Below, piece by piece: positions 24,527 to 33,041 of a DNA stretch of 64,000 nt. This DNA comes from an uncultured Solirubrobacterales bacterium (GTDB lineage: Bacteria > Actinomycetota > Thermoleophilia > Solirubrobacterales > Solirubrobacteraceae), in NCBI GenBank assembly GCA_963726985.1, contig CAVSEF010000001.1, positions 9,855 through 73,854 of the forward strand, written 5' to 3'. The notes under the pieces were generated by a model that was not told the origin of the DNA, made no database searches, and saw only the letters and a program-made list of their open reading frames with translations. Position 1 is the first letter of the stretch. Each line of letters starts with the position of its first letter. Both the position numbers and the translations under genes were made by a program.

Positions 24527-25369
24527 TCAGGGATCGCTCGTGAGCTGCCGGTAGAGCTCGTTGGCGGCCAGGCCCGTCAACTTCGCCACGACCTTCGCCG
24601 CCGGCCGCGGGCGCGCGCCGGCGTCGACGAGCGCGCGTAACGCCACCAGCGCATCCGCGCGTCCCATGGGATCGTCGGAGCTCGCTCCGGCGGCGGGGCC
24701 GAGCACCAGCACGACCTCACCGCGAGGAGCGTTCTCGCCGTAGTACTCCGCCAGCTCGGAGGCGCTTCCGCGGCGGACCTCCTCGTGCAGCTTCGTCAGC
24801 TCGCGGCAGACCGCCAGCGGACGGCCGGGGTCGCGGGCGGCCAGCTGCGTGAGCGTTGCAGCGAGACGCCGCGGCGACTCGAACGCGACGAGCGTCTCCG
24901 CGGCGTGATCCAGCAGGCGTTCCCGCTCTGCGCGCTTGCGCGGGAGGAAGCCGACGAAGCGCCAGCGCTCGGCGGGCATGCCCGAGGCCACAAGCGCGGT
25001 CAACACAGAGCTCGGACCAGGCAGCACTTCGACCGGAAGGCCCGCCTCGACGCACGCCTGTACGAGCGCGTACCCCGGGTCGGAGATCAACGGCATCCCT
25101 GCGTCGCTGACGAGCGCCACCCGCTCCCCGGCACCAACCCGGGCAGCCAGCTCACTCGCGCGCGCCCGTTCGTTGTGCTCGTGATAGCTGACCAACTTCG
25201 CCGTGATTCCGTGGCGATCGAGTAGCACCCGCGTGTGACGCGTGTCCTCGCACGCCACCACATCCGCCTCGCGCAATGCATCGAGCACGCGCAACGTCAC
25301 GTCCTGGAGATTGCCGATCGGCGTCGCGCACACCACGAGCCGTCCGCCTGGCGCACCCGCAGAGGTCAT
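24527..25369 (-). CDS. rsmI: 16S rRNA (cytidine1402-2'-O)-methyltransferase
   Basis: LVVCATPIGNLQDVTLRVLDALREADVVACEDTRHTRVLL...SDAGMPLISDPG (tetrapyrrole-methylase fold). Confidence 0.93.
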   Translation of the reverse strand: MTSAGAPGGRLVVCATPIGNLQDVTLRVLDALREADVVACEDTRHTRVLLDRHGITAKLVSYHEHNERARASELAARVGAGERVALVSDAGMPLISDPGYALVQACVEAGLPVEVLPGPSSVLTALVASGMPAERWRFVGFLPRKRAERERLLDHAAETLVAFESPRRLAATLTQLAARDPGRPLAVCRELTKLHEEVRRGSASELAEYYGENAPRGEVVLVLGPAAGASSDDPMGRADALVALRALVDAGARPRPAAKVVAKLTGLAANELYRQLTSDP

Positions 25370-25392
25370 CCGGCAAATATAGGGTGCTTAGC

Positions 25393-26565
25393 ATGTCCCC
25401 CGACGACGAGCCACCGCCTAAATACACCCGCTATCGAGCGGGCCGCCGGCTGCTGCCTCGCCGCGAAGAGGAGCTTCAGACGCCGGGCCTCACGCCGGGC
25501 TCCTCGCCACGGTCGCCGCGTCAGGCGGATGGGCGCGCCGGCGGATCTGGACCGGGACGGGGAAATGGGCGCACCGGTGGAGCGGTGGAAGGAGACGGCG
25601 ATCGCGCCGAAACGCGCTGGCGGCGCTGGGCGAAACCGAAACGGATCATCCTCGCCCTGCTCGCGCTCGTCGCCGGCTGGCTGTTGCTCTCGCTCGTGCT
25701 GTTCCTGCTCAGCTCGCAGTTCGAGCGCACCGCCCCGCCGTCGAACGTCGCCGCCGTGCTCGACCCGGCGGGCTTCCCGCTGACGAGCGCCAACAACATC
25801 CTCGTGCTCGGCTCAGACCGCCGCCAGAAGAACTCGAAGGAACCGGGCGCCGAAACCACGGGGCCGGGCCGCTCGGACACGATCATGCTGATCCGCACCG
25901 GCGGTGGGCATGCGGCGCGGTTGTCGATCCCGCGCGACACGATCGTCGAAATTCCCGGGCACGGCCCACAGAAGATCAACGCCGCGCATGAGTTCGGTGG
26001 GCCCGCGGAGTCGATCTCGGTGATCAAGCACTGGCTCGGCATCCCAATCAATCACATGGTCGAAGTCAACTTCGAAAACTTCCCACAGCTGATCGACGCG
26101 ATGGGCGGGGTCAACTACACGGGGGGCTGCATCATCTCGAAGCTCGACGGCGGCTCGGCCGACGGCGGCTTCACGCTGCGCCTGCCCCCGGGCACCCACC
26201 ACATCGACGGCAAGCAGGCGCTCGCGCTCGCACGGACCCGCGAGAACCTGTGCGCGCCGAACGAGAGCGACATCCAGCGCGAGGAACACCAGCAGGCGCT
26301 GTTCAACGACATGAAGTCCCGGCTGCTCTCACCGTCGAGCTTTCTGCGTATGCCGTTGATCGCCTGGAACGCACCGCCGGCGATCATCTCCGACATGAGC
26401 GGCATGGAACTGCTCGGTATGTTCGCCGCGCTCGCGGTAACGGGAACCCCGCCCACCCATGTGCTGAAGCCGACCGGACAGACGACGCTGCCGAGCGGCG
26501 AAGAAGGCTTGACGATTTCCGAAGCCGCGCGTCGCGCGGACGTCGCGCGCTTTGAGGCGGGGTGA
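25393..26565 (+). CDS. LCP (LytR-CpsA-Psr) family cell-envelope phosphotransferase
   Basis: It has a TM anchor followed by ILVLGSDRR...GRSDTIMLIR...SIPRDT...KINAA...NHMVEVNFENFPQLIDAMGGV. The start is ATG 25393, in frame. Confidence 0.88.
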   Translation: MSPDDEPPPKYTRYRAGRRLLPRREEELQTPGLTPGSSPRSPRQADGRAGGSGPGRGNGRTGGAVEGDGDRAETRWRRWAKPKRIILALLALVAGWLLLSLVLFLLSSQFERTAPPSNVAAVLDPAGFPLTSANNILVLGSDRRQKNSKEPGAETTGPGRSDTIMLIRTGGGHAARLSIPRDTIVEIPGHGPQKINAAHEFGGPAESISVIKHWLGIPINHMVEVNFENFPQLIDAMGGVNYTGGCIISKLDGGSADGGFTLRLPPGTHHIDGKQALALARTRENLCAPNESDIQREEHQQALFNDMKSRLLSPSSFLRMPLIAWNAPPAIISDMSGMELLGMFAALAVTGTPPTHVLKPTGQTTLPSGEEGLTISEAARRADVARFEAG

Positions 26566-26667
26566 ACCTTCGGGCGATCCGGGGCAGCACAAGGGCTGAG
26601 GCACTGTTGGGAGGAGTGCGGCGCGGAACGGACCGGTGAACGAGGCGGCCTGGACGGGAGACGGCCG

Positions 26668-27084
26668 TCAGCTCTTGGCCGCGACGGGCTTTGCGTCTTT
26701 CGACTTCTTCGTGTCCTTCGCGCCCGCATCGCTCTTCTTCGTATCCGCCCCGGACGAGCCGCCCTCGGATGAGGATGATGATGATGATGGAGAAGAAGAG
26801 GAGGAGTCCGACGATGAAGACGAGTCGCCCTTCGCCGAGGCGTCTCCTGAGGAGCCCTCCGAGGATTTCGAACCCTCCGCGGCGGCCGCGGTCTCGCGTT
26901 GGCGCTTGCGCGTGCCGTAGTCGGTGTTGTAGAAGCCCTTCCCCTTGAAGTGCACCGCCGGCGCATGCAGCACGCGCTGGACCTTCACCCCGGTCTCCGG
27001 GTCGTGAGTCAGCGTCTCATCGCTGAACGACTGCTGGATTTCGAACGTCGTCCCGTCGGGGCGCCGGTACTCGTAGATGGGCAT
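26668..27084 (-). CDS. FmdB-like (CxxC_CxxC_SSSS family) protein that lacks all four cysteines
   Basis: MPIYEYRRPDGTTFEIQQSFSDETLTHDPETGVKVQRVL...FKGKGFYNTDY is followed by a Ser-rich tail. The family fold motifs are present, but both CxxC pairs are replaced. Confidence 0.72.
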   Translation of the reverse strand: MPIYEYRRPDGTTFEIQQSFSDETLTHDPETGVKVQRVLHAPAVHFKGKGFYNTDYGTRKRQRETAAAAEGSKSSEGSSGDASAKGDSSSSSDSSSSSPSSSSSSSEGGSSGADTKKSDAGAKDTKKSKDAKPVAAKS

Positions 27085-27105
27085 TCCGCTGGATTATAAG
27101 TGGGG

Positions 27106-27753
27106 TCAGTCAGCCAGCAGCGCACGCACGCACATGATGCCCGCGCTGACCGTCGCGGTGAAGTCGCGCTCGGGCTCCGCGAGCATCCGCAGCGCGAACC
27201 CGTCGCCGAGCGAAAACAGGATCTCGGCGATCGCTTCCGGGTCGGCATTCAGCCGCAGCACGCCCTCATCCTGCGCCGAGGCGAGCATCCCGGCGACCTG
27301 ATCGCGCGTGCGGCGCATCAATGCGGTGTACTCCGCCGCGATCTCCGCGTTGCGACGCGACAGTGTGAACAGCTCGAACACGAGCGTCACGAAGTCGGGG
27401 TCCTCGCTGACCGTCTCCTGCAGGTTCTGCGCCATCAGCGCGATGAAGTCATCCGCCGTCTGCGCGCCCGCCAACTGACGCTCGAGGATCTCCAGCCGCA
27501 GCTCGCAATCCCGGCGGACGGCCTCGACGAGCAGTTGCTCCTTGGTGGCGAAGTAGTAGTGCAGCAGCCCCCGCGAGACGCCCGCTTCACGCGCGACATG
27601 CTCGAAGGTCGAGGCCGCGGCGCCGCGCTTGGCGACACTGTGGCGCATCGCCTCGACGATCCGCTGCGCCTTCTCCCCCGACAGCGACTTGCCGCCCGCT
27701 TCCCCCGTCGCCGGGGGAGGGTCCACGACGACGGCGTCCACGGCTGTCCTCAT
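27106..27753 (-). CDS. TetR/AcrR family transcriptional regulator
   Basis: The N-terminal HTH reads RIVEAMRHSVAKRGAAASTFEHVAREAGVSRGLLHYYFATKEQLL. Confidence 0.9.
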   Translation of the reverse strand: MRTAVDAVVVDPPPATGEAGGKSLSGEKAQRIVEAMRHSVAKRGAAASTFEHVAREAGVSRGLLHYYFATKEQLLVEAVRRDCELRLEILERQLAGAQTADDFIALMAQNLQETVSEDPDFVTLVFELFTLSRRNAEIAAEYTALMRRTRDQVAGMLASAQDEGVLRLNADPEAIAEILFSLGDGFALRMLAEPERDFTATVSAGIMCVRALLAD

Positions 27754-27778
27754 CCTCGCGGCCGGGGGTTCACTCAGC

Positions 27779-28246
27779 TCAGGCGGCCGAGCCGACCGGC
27801 GCGGGCTCGGCCGGAGCGGTGGTCGAGCTGTAGTCGAACTCCTCCTCGGCGCCGAACAGCAGGTCGAGCACCTTCGAGCGCAGGTCCTCGCTCAGCACCA
27901 GCGCCAGTGTCGCCGCAAACGTCAGCAGCAGCAGCGTGCGAGGAAGTCCGCCCTTGCGACGCTTCTTCTTCGGACCTTCGTTCAGCGCGCTCGACGCATC
28001 GCGCAGGGCGTTTGCCGCGTCGCGCAGTTCGCGCTGCAGCTTCCTGTCCTCGAACAGCGCCTTGCTCGCGGGCTTGCCGTTGCTCATGCGCCCGTACACG
28101 CCGCGCGCCGCGGCGTACGCGGTGAGCAGGTTGCCACGCAGGTCCTCGTCTTCGATCAAGCGCTGCAGATACTGATTGCTCTGCGCCTTACGCGCCGCCG
28201 CGCCTGCCTTGCCGATGCTGTCCTTTGCCGCCATGCTGGCCACCAT
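27779..28246 (-). CDS. hypothetical protein with a C-terminal TM segment
   Basis: MVASMAAKDSIGKAGAAARKAQSNQYLQRLIEDEDLRGNL...KKKRRKGGLPRTLLLLTFAATLALVL. An alternative start lies at 28234. Confidence 0.55.
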   Translation of the reverse strand: MVASMAAKDSIGKAGAAARKAQSNQYLQRLIEDEDLRGNLLTAYAAARGVYGRMSNGKPASKALFEDRKLQRELRDAANALRDASSALNEGPKKKRRKGGLPRTLLLLTFAATLALVLSEDLRSKVLDLLFGAEEEFDYSSTTAPAEPAPVGSAA

Positions 28247-28432
28247 TCCTATGCCGAAAGATTGTTGGGTTCGTCCAAATATACCCCCCTCGCGATCTCC
28301 CAATCGGGTCTCCGCGCCGATCGACCGTGCCGGGGTGGCGCGCACGTGGTCGAGGTCACTCGCGCGACAGATCGAAACTCCGCGCCGCCCCCGCCCCGCC
28401 AACCGGCCGCGGCACGTGAAAGGCTAGGCCCG

Positions 28433-29641
28433 ATGCCGAGCTTCCAGGCGACCGCCACCGTGCTCGGCCTGCTGCTGATCGCCGGCGCGCTGCTCTCCGG
28501 CCTGGCGCAGCGTTCGTTTCTGTCGCTCACCGCGCTGTTCGTGCTCGCCGGCTTCCTGCTCGGCCCCGGCGGCTTCGGCTGGATCGACTTCCGCGCCAAA
28601 TCGGGCTTCGTCGAGGATCTCGCGTTCGCCGCGCTGATCGTGATCCTGTTCCGCGACGGTCTCGAGGTCGAGGATGAGATGCTCAAAAGCGAGTGGCATC
28701 TGCCCGCGCGCAAGCTCGTGCTGGCGATGCCGATCACCGCCGCGATCGCCGCCGTCGCCGCGCACGCGCTGATCGGCTTCTCCTGGACCGAGTCCTTCCT
28801 CGTCGGCGCGCTGCTCTCGCCGACCGACCCCGTGCTGACTTCGAGCATCGTCACCAACCTCCGCGTACCCCGCGTGATCCGCCATTCGCTGAACCTCGAG
28901 TCCGGGCTCAACGACGGCCTCGCGCTGCCGGCCGTGCTCGCCCTGCTGGCAGCGCTGAGCGTCGGCGCAGGGAGCTTTCACTGGGGACGCTTCGTGCTCC
29001 AGGACCTCGGCCTCGGCCTGCTCTACGGGCTCGCCTGCGGCTGGCTGGCGTCGCTTTTGATGCCACAACCGCACGCGCGGGAGCACGAGATCCCGGCCCA
29101 CCAGAAGTCGCTGTTCGCGCTCGGCGTCGCCTTCACCACCTACGGGCTGACCGTGCTCACACCGAAAGGCAACGGTTTCATCGCGGTGTTCGTCGCCGCG
29201 ATCGTGCTCGGCATCCGCCGCCCCGACCTGCGCCTGCACTTCGAGCAGCGCGCCGACGAGCTGGTGGAGATCGTCAAGCTCGGCATCTTCTTCGTGTTCG
29301 GCTCGCTGCTCACGCTGAACGCGCTCACGCGCGAGGGCTGGCCGGCGGTCGTGTTCCTCGCCGTCGTCTTCCTCGTGGCACGCCCGCTCGCGGTGTGGGT
29401 CGCCCTGCTGGGAACTTCGACCGACCGCGCCACCCGCCTGTTCATGGGCTGGTTCGGGCCGAAGGGCGTCGCCACGATGACCTTCGCGCTGCTCGTCCTC
29501 GACCAGAACATCTCAAACGGCACGCGCATCTTCGACCTGACCGCGCTCGTCGTCTTCTGCTCGATCATCGCCCACGGCCTGTCCGACACCCCCGGCGCGA
29601 ACTGGATCGCCGCCCGCGAGGGTGACCAGAAAGACGGTTGA
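28433..29641 (+). CDS. cation:proton antiporter (Na+/H+ exchanger family)
   Basis: About 11 TM segments, with ...LLSPTDPVL...NLESGLNDGLALP... The start is ATG 28433, in frame. Confidence 0.9.
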   Translation: MPSFQATATVLGLLLIAGALLSGLAQRSFLSLTALFVLAGFLLGPGGFGWIDFRAKSGFVEDLAFAALIVILFRDGLEVEDEMLKSEWHLPARKLVLAMPITAAIAAVAAHALIGFSWTESFLVGALLSPTDPVLTSSIVTNLRVPRVIRHSLNLESGLNDGLALPAVLALLAALSVGAGSFHWGRFVLQDLGLGLLYGLACGWLASLLMPQPHAREHEIPAHQKSLFALGVAFTTYGLTVLTPKGNGFIAVFVAAIVLGIRRPDLRLHFEQRADELVEIVKLGIFFVFGSLLTLNALTREGWPAVVFLAVVFLVARPLAVWVALLGTSTDRATRLFMGWFGPKGVATMTFALLVLDQNISNGTRIFDLTALVVFCSIIAHGLSDTPGANWIAAREGDQKDG

Positions 29642-29646
29642 GAGGA

Positions 29647-29787
29647 GGCAGTGCCGCATGCGGCACTGCCCGGGGGCGTGCATGCACGCCCCCGCCGTCG
29701 GCGCATGCGCCGACGGATGACGCGCCGCATGCGGCGCGTCTCGGGGCGGCACATGTGCCGCCCCGCGGGCGGTGCATGCACCGCCCG
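29647..29787. repeat. array of six abutting perfect palindromes (20-24 nt each) centred on CATG
   Basis: GGCAGTGCCGCATGCGGCACTGCC / CGGGGGCGTGCATGCACGCCCCCG / CCGTCGGCGCATGCGCCGACGG / GACGCGCCGCATGCGGCGCGTC / CGGGGCGGCACATGTGCCGCCCCG / CGGGCGGTGCATGCACCGCCCG. The sequence was verified against the translation of ORF 29638..29928. Confidence 0.9.
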
Positions 29788-29800
29788 AACCACACAACAA

Positions 29801-30052
29801 CTACGACGTGTGCAGCGCCGCCTGCTCCTGCGCTGAGGGAAATGCCCAGGCCGCGCGCGAGCGGCGCTCCTGGCGGAACACGAACCGCAGCTGCTGTGGC
29901 GGGCGCAGCTCGGCCTCGCTGGGTCTGAACGTCGAGCACGGCTCGGCGAGATCCAGAGCGCAGAGCATGTTCGTGTGAAAGAAGCAGTCCTCGCAGGTGA
30001 CCTTCCGCGCCGGCCGTTTCCCCGGCCGCTTGCTCTGCTGCTTCGCTGGCAC
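29801..30052 (-). CDS. small basic Cys-containing protein (hypothetical)
   Basis: The GTG is preceded by GGGGAG. The 83-aa product reads VPAKQQSKRPGKRPARKVTCEDCFFHTNMLCALDLAEPCSTFRP... I do not recognise a family. Confidence 0.4.
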   Translation of the reverse strand: MPAKQQSKRPGKRPARKVTCEDCFFHTNMLCALDLAEPCSTFRPSEAELRPPQQLRFVFRQERRSRAAWAFPSAQEQAALHTS

Positions 30053-30343
30053 TCGCTCCCCTTCGCTTCGTTGCTCTTCAGTGGACGGGCCGGGTGGACC
30101 GGCCGAGCCATCAAAGCACCGCGCGCGCGCCCACTCAAGGGACGAGGAAGGGCCTTCCCGCAAAACGCAGACAAAACAATTTCTACCCACCTCGATCCCC
30201 GATAAGTCACCATCTCGTGACGCTCTGACGGTTTTCCGTGCACTTTCCGGAGATCTCGGCCCGGCGGCGTGCGGATCGTCGCATTCATCCTCCGCACCGC
30301 CCCACCCCGGACCCTGGCCCGATCGGCGTCATCATCTGTGGCG

Positions 30344-31351
30344 ATGCGCATCCTCGTCACCGGCGCCTCCGGCTTCGTCGGCTCGCTGCTCGTCCCGCGC
30401 CTGCTCTCCGACGGGCACGCCGTCCGCGCGCTCGGCCGCGACCCCGCGCGGGTCACCGCGGCGCTGGCGAGGACCACGGCGACGGCGGCGTTTTCGGATG
30501 GCGCCAGCGTCCCCGGCACCACCGTCCCCGGCACCACCGATCTCGCCGGCGAGGTCGAGGTGCTCCGCGGTGACGCGCTCTCCGGCGTTGGGCTCGCCGC
30601 CGCGCTCGCCGGGGTCGATGTCGCCTACTACCTGATTCACTCGATGGAGCATCCCTCTGGCGGTTCAATGCCATTTGCGGAGCGCGAGCGAATCGCGGCC
30701 GATAATTTCGCCGAGGCGTGCTCGCGCGCGGGCGTCGCGCGAATCGTCTATCTCGGTGGCCTGCTTCCCCACGATCGCGCGGCCTCGCGTCATCTCACCA
30801 GTCGCGGGTCTGTCGAGCGCATCCTGCTCGACGCCGTCCCCGATTCGCTCGCCCTGCGCGCCTCGATCGTAATCGGCGCGCGCTCGCGCTCGTTTCGCTT
30901 CCTCGTCCGCCTCGTCGAGCGCCTGCCGGTACTCACGCTGCCCGCCTGGCGCTCGTTTCGCACGCAGCCGATCGACGAGCGCGATGTGATCGCGATGCTC
31001 GCCGCGGCCGCGACCACCGTGTCGGTGACGGGGCGCACGCTCGAGATCGGTGGACCCGACATCCTCACCTATGGAGAAATGATCTCCCGGATCGCCGATT
31101 CGATGCTCGTACGCCGTCCGGTCCTCCGTTTCGGTGTGAACTTCACGCCCGTCGCGGGGCGCGTCGCCGCCGCAATCGCCGCGGAGGATCCCGAATTGAT
31201 CCTGCCGCTGATGGAGAGCCTCCAAGGCGATCTCCTTCCCCGCGACCGCTCAGCCGCGGAGTTGCTCGACGTCGAGCTGCGCTCCTTCGACTCCGCCGTC
31301 GAACACGCGCTGCGCGTGTGGGAGGAATTCGAGCCTCTCGCGGCGCGGTGA
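30344..31351 (+). CDS. NAD(P)-binding SDR/NmrA-like oxidoreductase
   Basis: MRILVTGASGFVGSLLVPRLLSDGHAVRAL (Rossmann GxxGxxG). 335 aa. Confidence 0.85.
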   Translation: MRILVTGASGFVGSLLVPRLLSDGHAVRALGRDPARVTAALARTTATAAFSDGASVPGTTVPGTTDLAGEVEVLRGDALSGVGLAAALAGVDVAYYLIHSMEHPSGGSMPFAERERIAADNFAEACSRAGVARIVYLGGLLPHDRAASRHLTSRGSVERILLDAVPDSLALRASIVIGARSRSFRFLVRLVERLPVLTLPAWRSFRTQPIDERDVIAMLAAAATTVSVTGRTLEIGGPDILTYGEMISRIADSMLVRRPVLRFGVNFTPVAGRVAAAIAAEDPELILPLMESLQGDLLPRDRSAAELLDVELRSFDSAVEHALRVWEEFEPLAAR

Positions 31352-31460
31352 ACAGCGCGGTGGACAGCACTGTGAACAGCGCGGTGAGCGGCGCGGGTCG
31401 CAGCGCGGTGAGCGGCGCAGTTCGCAGCGCGGTGAATGCTCGGCGCATACACCCCGCCGC

Positions 31461-31943
31461 ATGCCGGGTACCGTTCTCTCCCCGCCGATGAGCATCGTCA
31501 CCGCCTCGATTCAGATCGCCGCCCCACCAGCGGATGTGTGGAAGCTGGTGATGGACCCGGATCGCCTCGCCGACTGGGTGACGGTTCACCGCGAGCTGCA
31601 CCACGCCGACGAGGGGCCACCGCACGAGGGCTACAGGATGGATCAGCAGATCCACCTGCGCGGGGTCAGCCTCGATGTTCGTTGGAAGCTCGTCGACTGC
31701 CGCCCCTGCCGGCGAGCCGTGTGGGAGGGTCGCGGGCCGGCCCGCTCGCGTGCGCGCACGGAATACGTCCTGCGCCCCACAGCGGACGGTGGCACACACT
31801 TTGGCTATTCCAACGAGTTCCGTCCCCCGCTCGGCCCGATCGGGGCAATCGTCAGCCGCGCGCTCGTCGGTGGCATACCCGAGCGCGAGGCCACGCACAC
31901 GCTCGAACGCCTGCGCGCTCAGCTCGAGCCTGTTTCCAAATAA
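31461..31943 (+). CDS. SRPBCC (START/polyketide-cyclase-like) family protein
   Basis: ...ASIQIAAPPADVWKLVMDPDRLADWV... is a typical SRPBCC N-terminus. An alternative start lies at MSIVT (31488). Confidence 0.78.
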   Translation: MPGTVLSPPMSIVTASIQIAAPPADVWKLVMDPDRLADWVTVHRELHHADEGPPHEGYRMDQQIHLRGVSLDVRWKLVDCRPCRRAVWEGRGPARSRARTEYVLRPTADGGTHFGYSNEFRPPLGPIGAIVSRALVGGIPEREATHTLERLRAQLEPVSK

Positions 31944-31945
31944 GC

Positions 31946-32070
31946 GCAGACCGTCGGTGTGGGCGATGTTTCCGGCATGGCCCGCAGACCGTCGGTGTGG
32001 GCGATGTTTCCGGCACAGCCCGCAGACCGTCGGTGTGGGCGATGTTTCCGGCACGGCCCGCAGACCGTCG
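31946..32070. repeat. 38-bp tandem repeat, 3.3 copies (GCAGACCGTCGGTGTGGGCGATGTTTCCGGCAYRGCCC)
   Basis: Copies start at 31946, 31984, 32022 and 32060 (partial). They differ only at 2 positions near the unit end. The array is intergenic and starts 3 nt after the SRPBCC stop. Confidence 0.9.
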
Positions 32071-32236
32071 CCGACCGGCCTCCCGCCCCGCTTCCATACG
32101 CTCCGGCGACCGGAGACGGGTGTTTTGCATATCTCCCACCGTCACTGTTTTCCAGGAAAGATCGTGTAAGGTGATACTGGAGAGCTATGAATAATGTGAC
32201 TGAGCTCACATTTACACTAATGAAGAGGATCCAACC

Positions 32237-32851
32237 GTGACTGACTTTCTTGACGAGAAGCGCCGAGAGATCACCGACCGTCTGAAGGAGCTTGCTCCGC
32301 TGGTCGACGAGTATCGTCGCCTGGAGGCTGCCGCTTCGGCACTCGACGGAGTGGGCGCATCGTCGACCTCAACCACCCCCGCCGCCGCCACGGCCGCGAC
32401 CACCACTCGCCGTCGTGGACCGGGGCGCCCGCGTGGCTCCGGCCGCAAAGCGGCCGCGGCCGTTGCTGCCACCGTCGCCGCCCCCACGGGGGGGCGCAAA
32501 AAAGTAGGCCGTCCTCCCGGGTCAGGCAAAAAAGTCGGCCGTCCCGCCGGATCGGGCAAAAAAGTAGGCCGCCCCGCCGGCACAGGCAAAAAAGTCGGCC
32601 GTCCCGCCGGCAAAGTGGGTCGTCCGGCCGGGAAAGTAGGACGCCCCGCGGGGAAAGTCGGACGGCGCAAAGGCAGCGGCACGCGTGCCGCTCAGGCCCT
32701 TTCGTTCGTCCAGGGTCAGCCCGGTATCACGATTCCCGAGCTGGCCGCGAAGATGGGCATCAAGCAGAACTACCTCTACCGCGTCCTTCCCAGCCTCGAG
32801 CAGGAAGGCAAACTGGAGAAGAAAGGCCGCGGCTGGCACCCGAAGTCCTAG
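32237..32851 (+). CDS. DNA-binding protein with ~7 AT-hook-like GRP repeats and a C-terminal winged-helix-like domain
   Basis: RRRGPGRPRGSGRK, then KKVGRP(P/A)GSG x4, then KVGRPAG x3. The C-terminus reads ITIPELAAKMGIKQNYLYRVLPSLEQEGKLEKKGRGW. The ~75 nt upstream are unusually AT-rich for this window. Confidence 0.75.
   Translation: MTDFLDEKRREITDRLKELAPLVDEYRRLEAAASALDGVGASSTSTTPAAATAATTTRRRGPGRPRGSGRKAAAAVAATVAAPTGGRKKVGRPPGSGKKVGRPAGSGKKVGRPAGTGKKVGRPAGKVGRPAGKVGRPAGKVGRRKGSGTRAAQALSFVQGQPGITIPELAAKMGIKQNYLYRVLPSLEQEGKLEKKGRGWHPKS
32498..32665 (+). repeat. in-frame tandem repeats (30-bp x4, then 21-bp x3) encoding the GRP motifs
   Basis: The GGCAAAAAAGT(A/C)GGCCG(T/C)CC.GCCGG units are visible in the DNA and are in frame within 32237..32851. 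Confidence 0.85.
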
Positions 32852-33011
32852 TCTCGGAGCCCCTGGCGGCGTCCTTACCGATCGGAGATCGACGGGATCT
32901 CCGATCGGCCAGCACACGCGAAGCACGCCACGCTGGGTGGGCGGGCCTTCGATTCCTAGCCAGGAATGACGATCCGTCGGACTGACATTCGTCGGATGGC
33001 ATATTGATATG

Positions 33012-33041
33012 GAAAGGGCGCGGCTTATGCCGCGCCCTTTC
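33012..33041 (+). terminator. GC-rich hairpin followed by a T-containing tract (candidate intrinsic terminator)
   Basis: GAAAGGGCGCGGC-TTAT-GCCGCGCCCTTTC forms a 13-bp stem, followed by CTTTGCC. It lies 160 nt downstream of 32237..32851. Confidence 0.55.

Noticed and set aside
29140-30537. 465-aa minus-strand ORF covering the antiporter 3' end, the palindrome array and the SDR 5' end
   Set aside because: It has no recognisable motifs and a composition dominated by R/A/S/P. It overlaps two well-supported plus-strand genes. The ORF stays open only because of GC richness and the palindromes.
31946-32070. Possible CRISPR array (a 38-bp unit resembles CRISPR repeat length)
   Set aside because: The units are directly adjacent with no spacers, there are only 3.3 copies, and no cas genes lie nearby. 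It is a plain tandem repeat.
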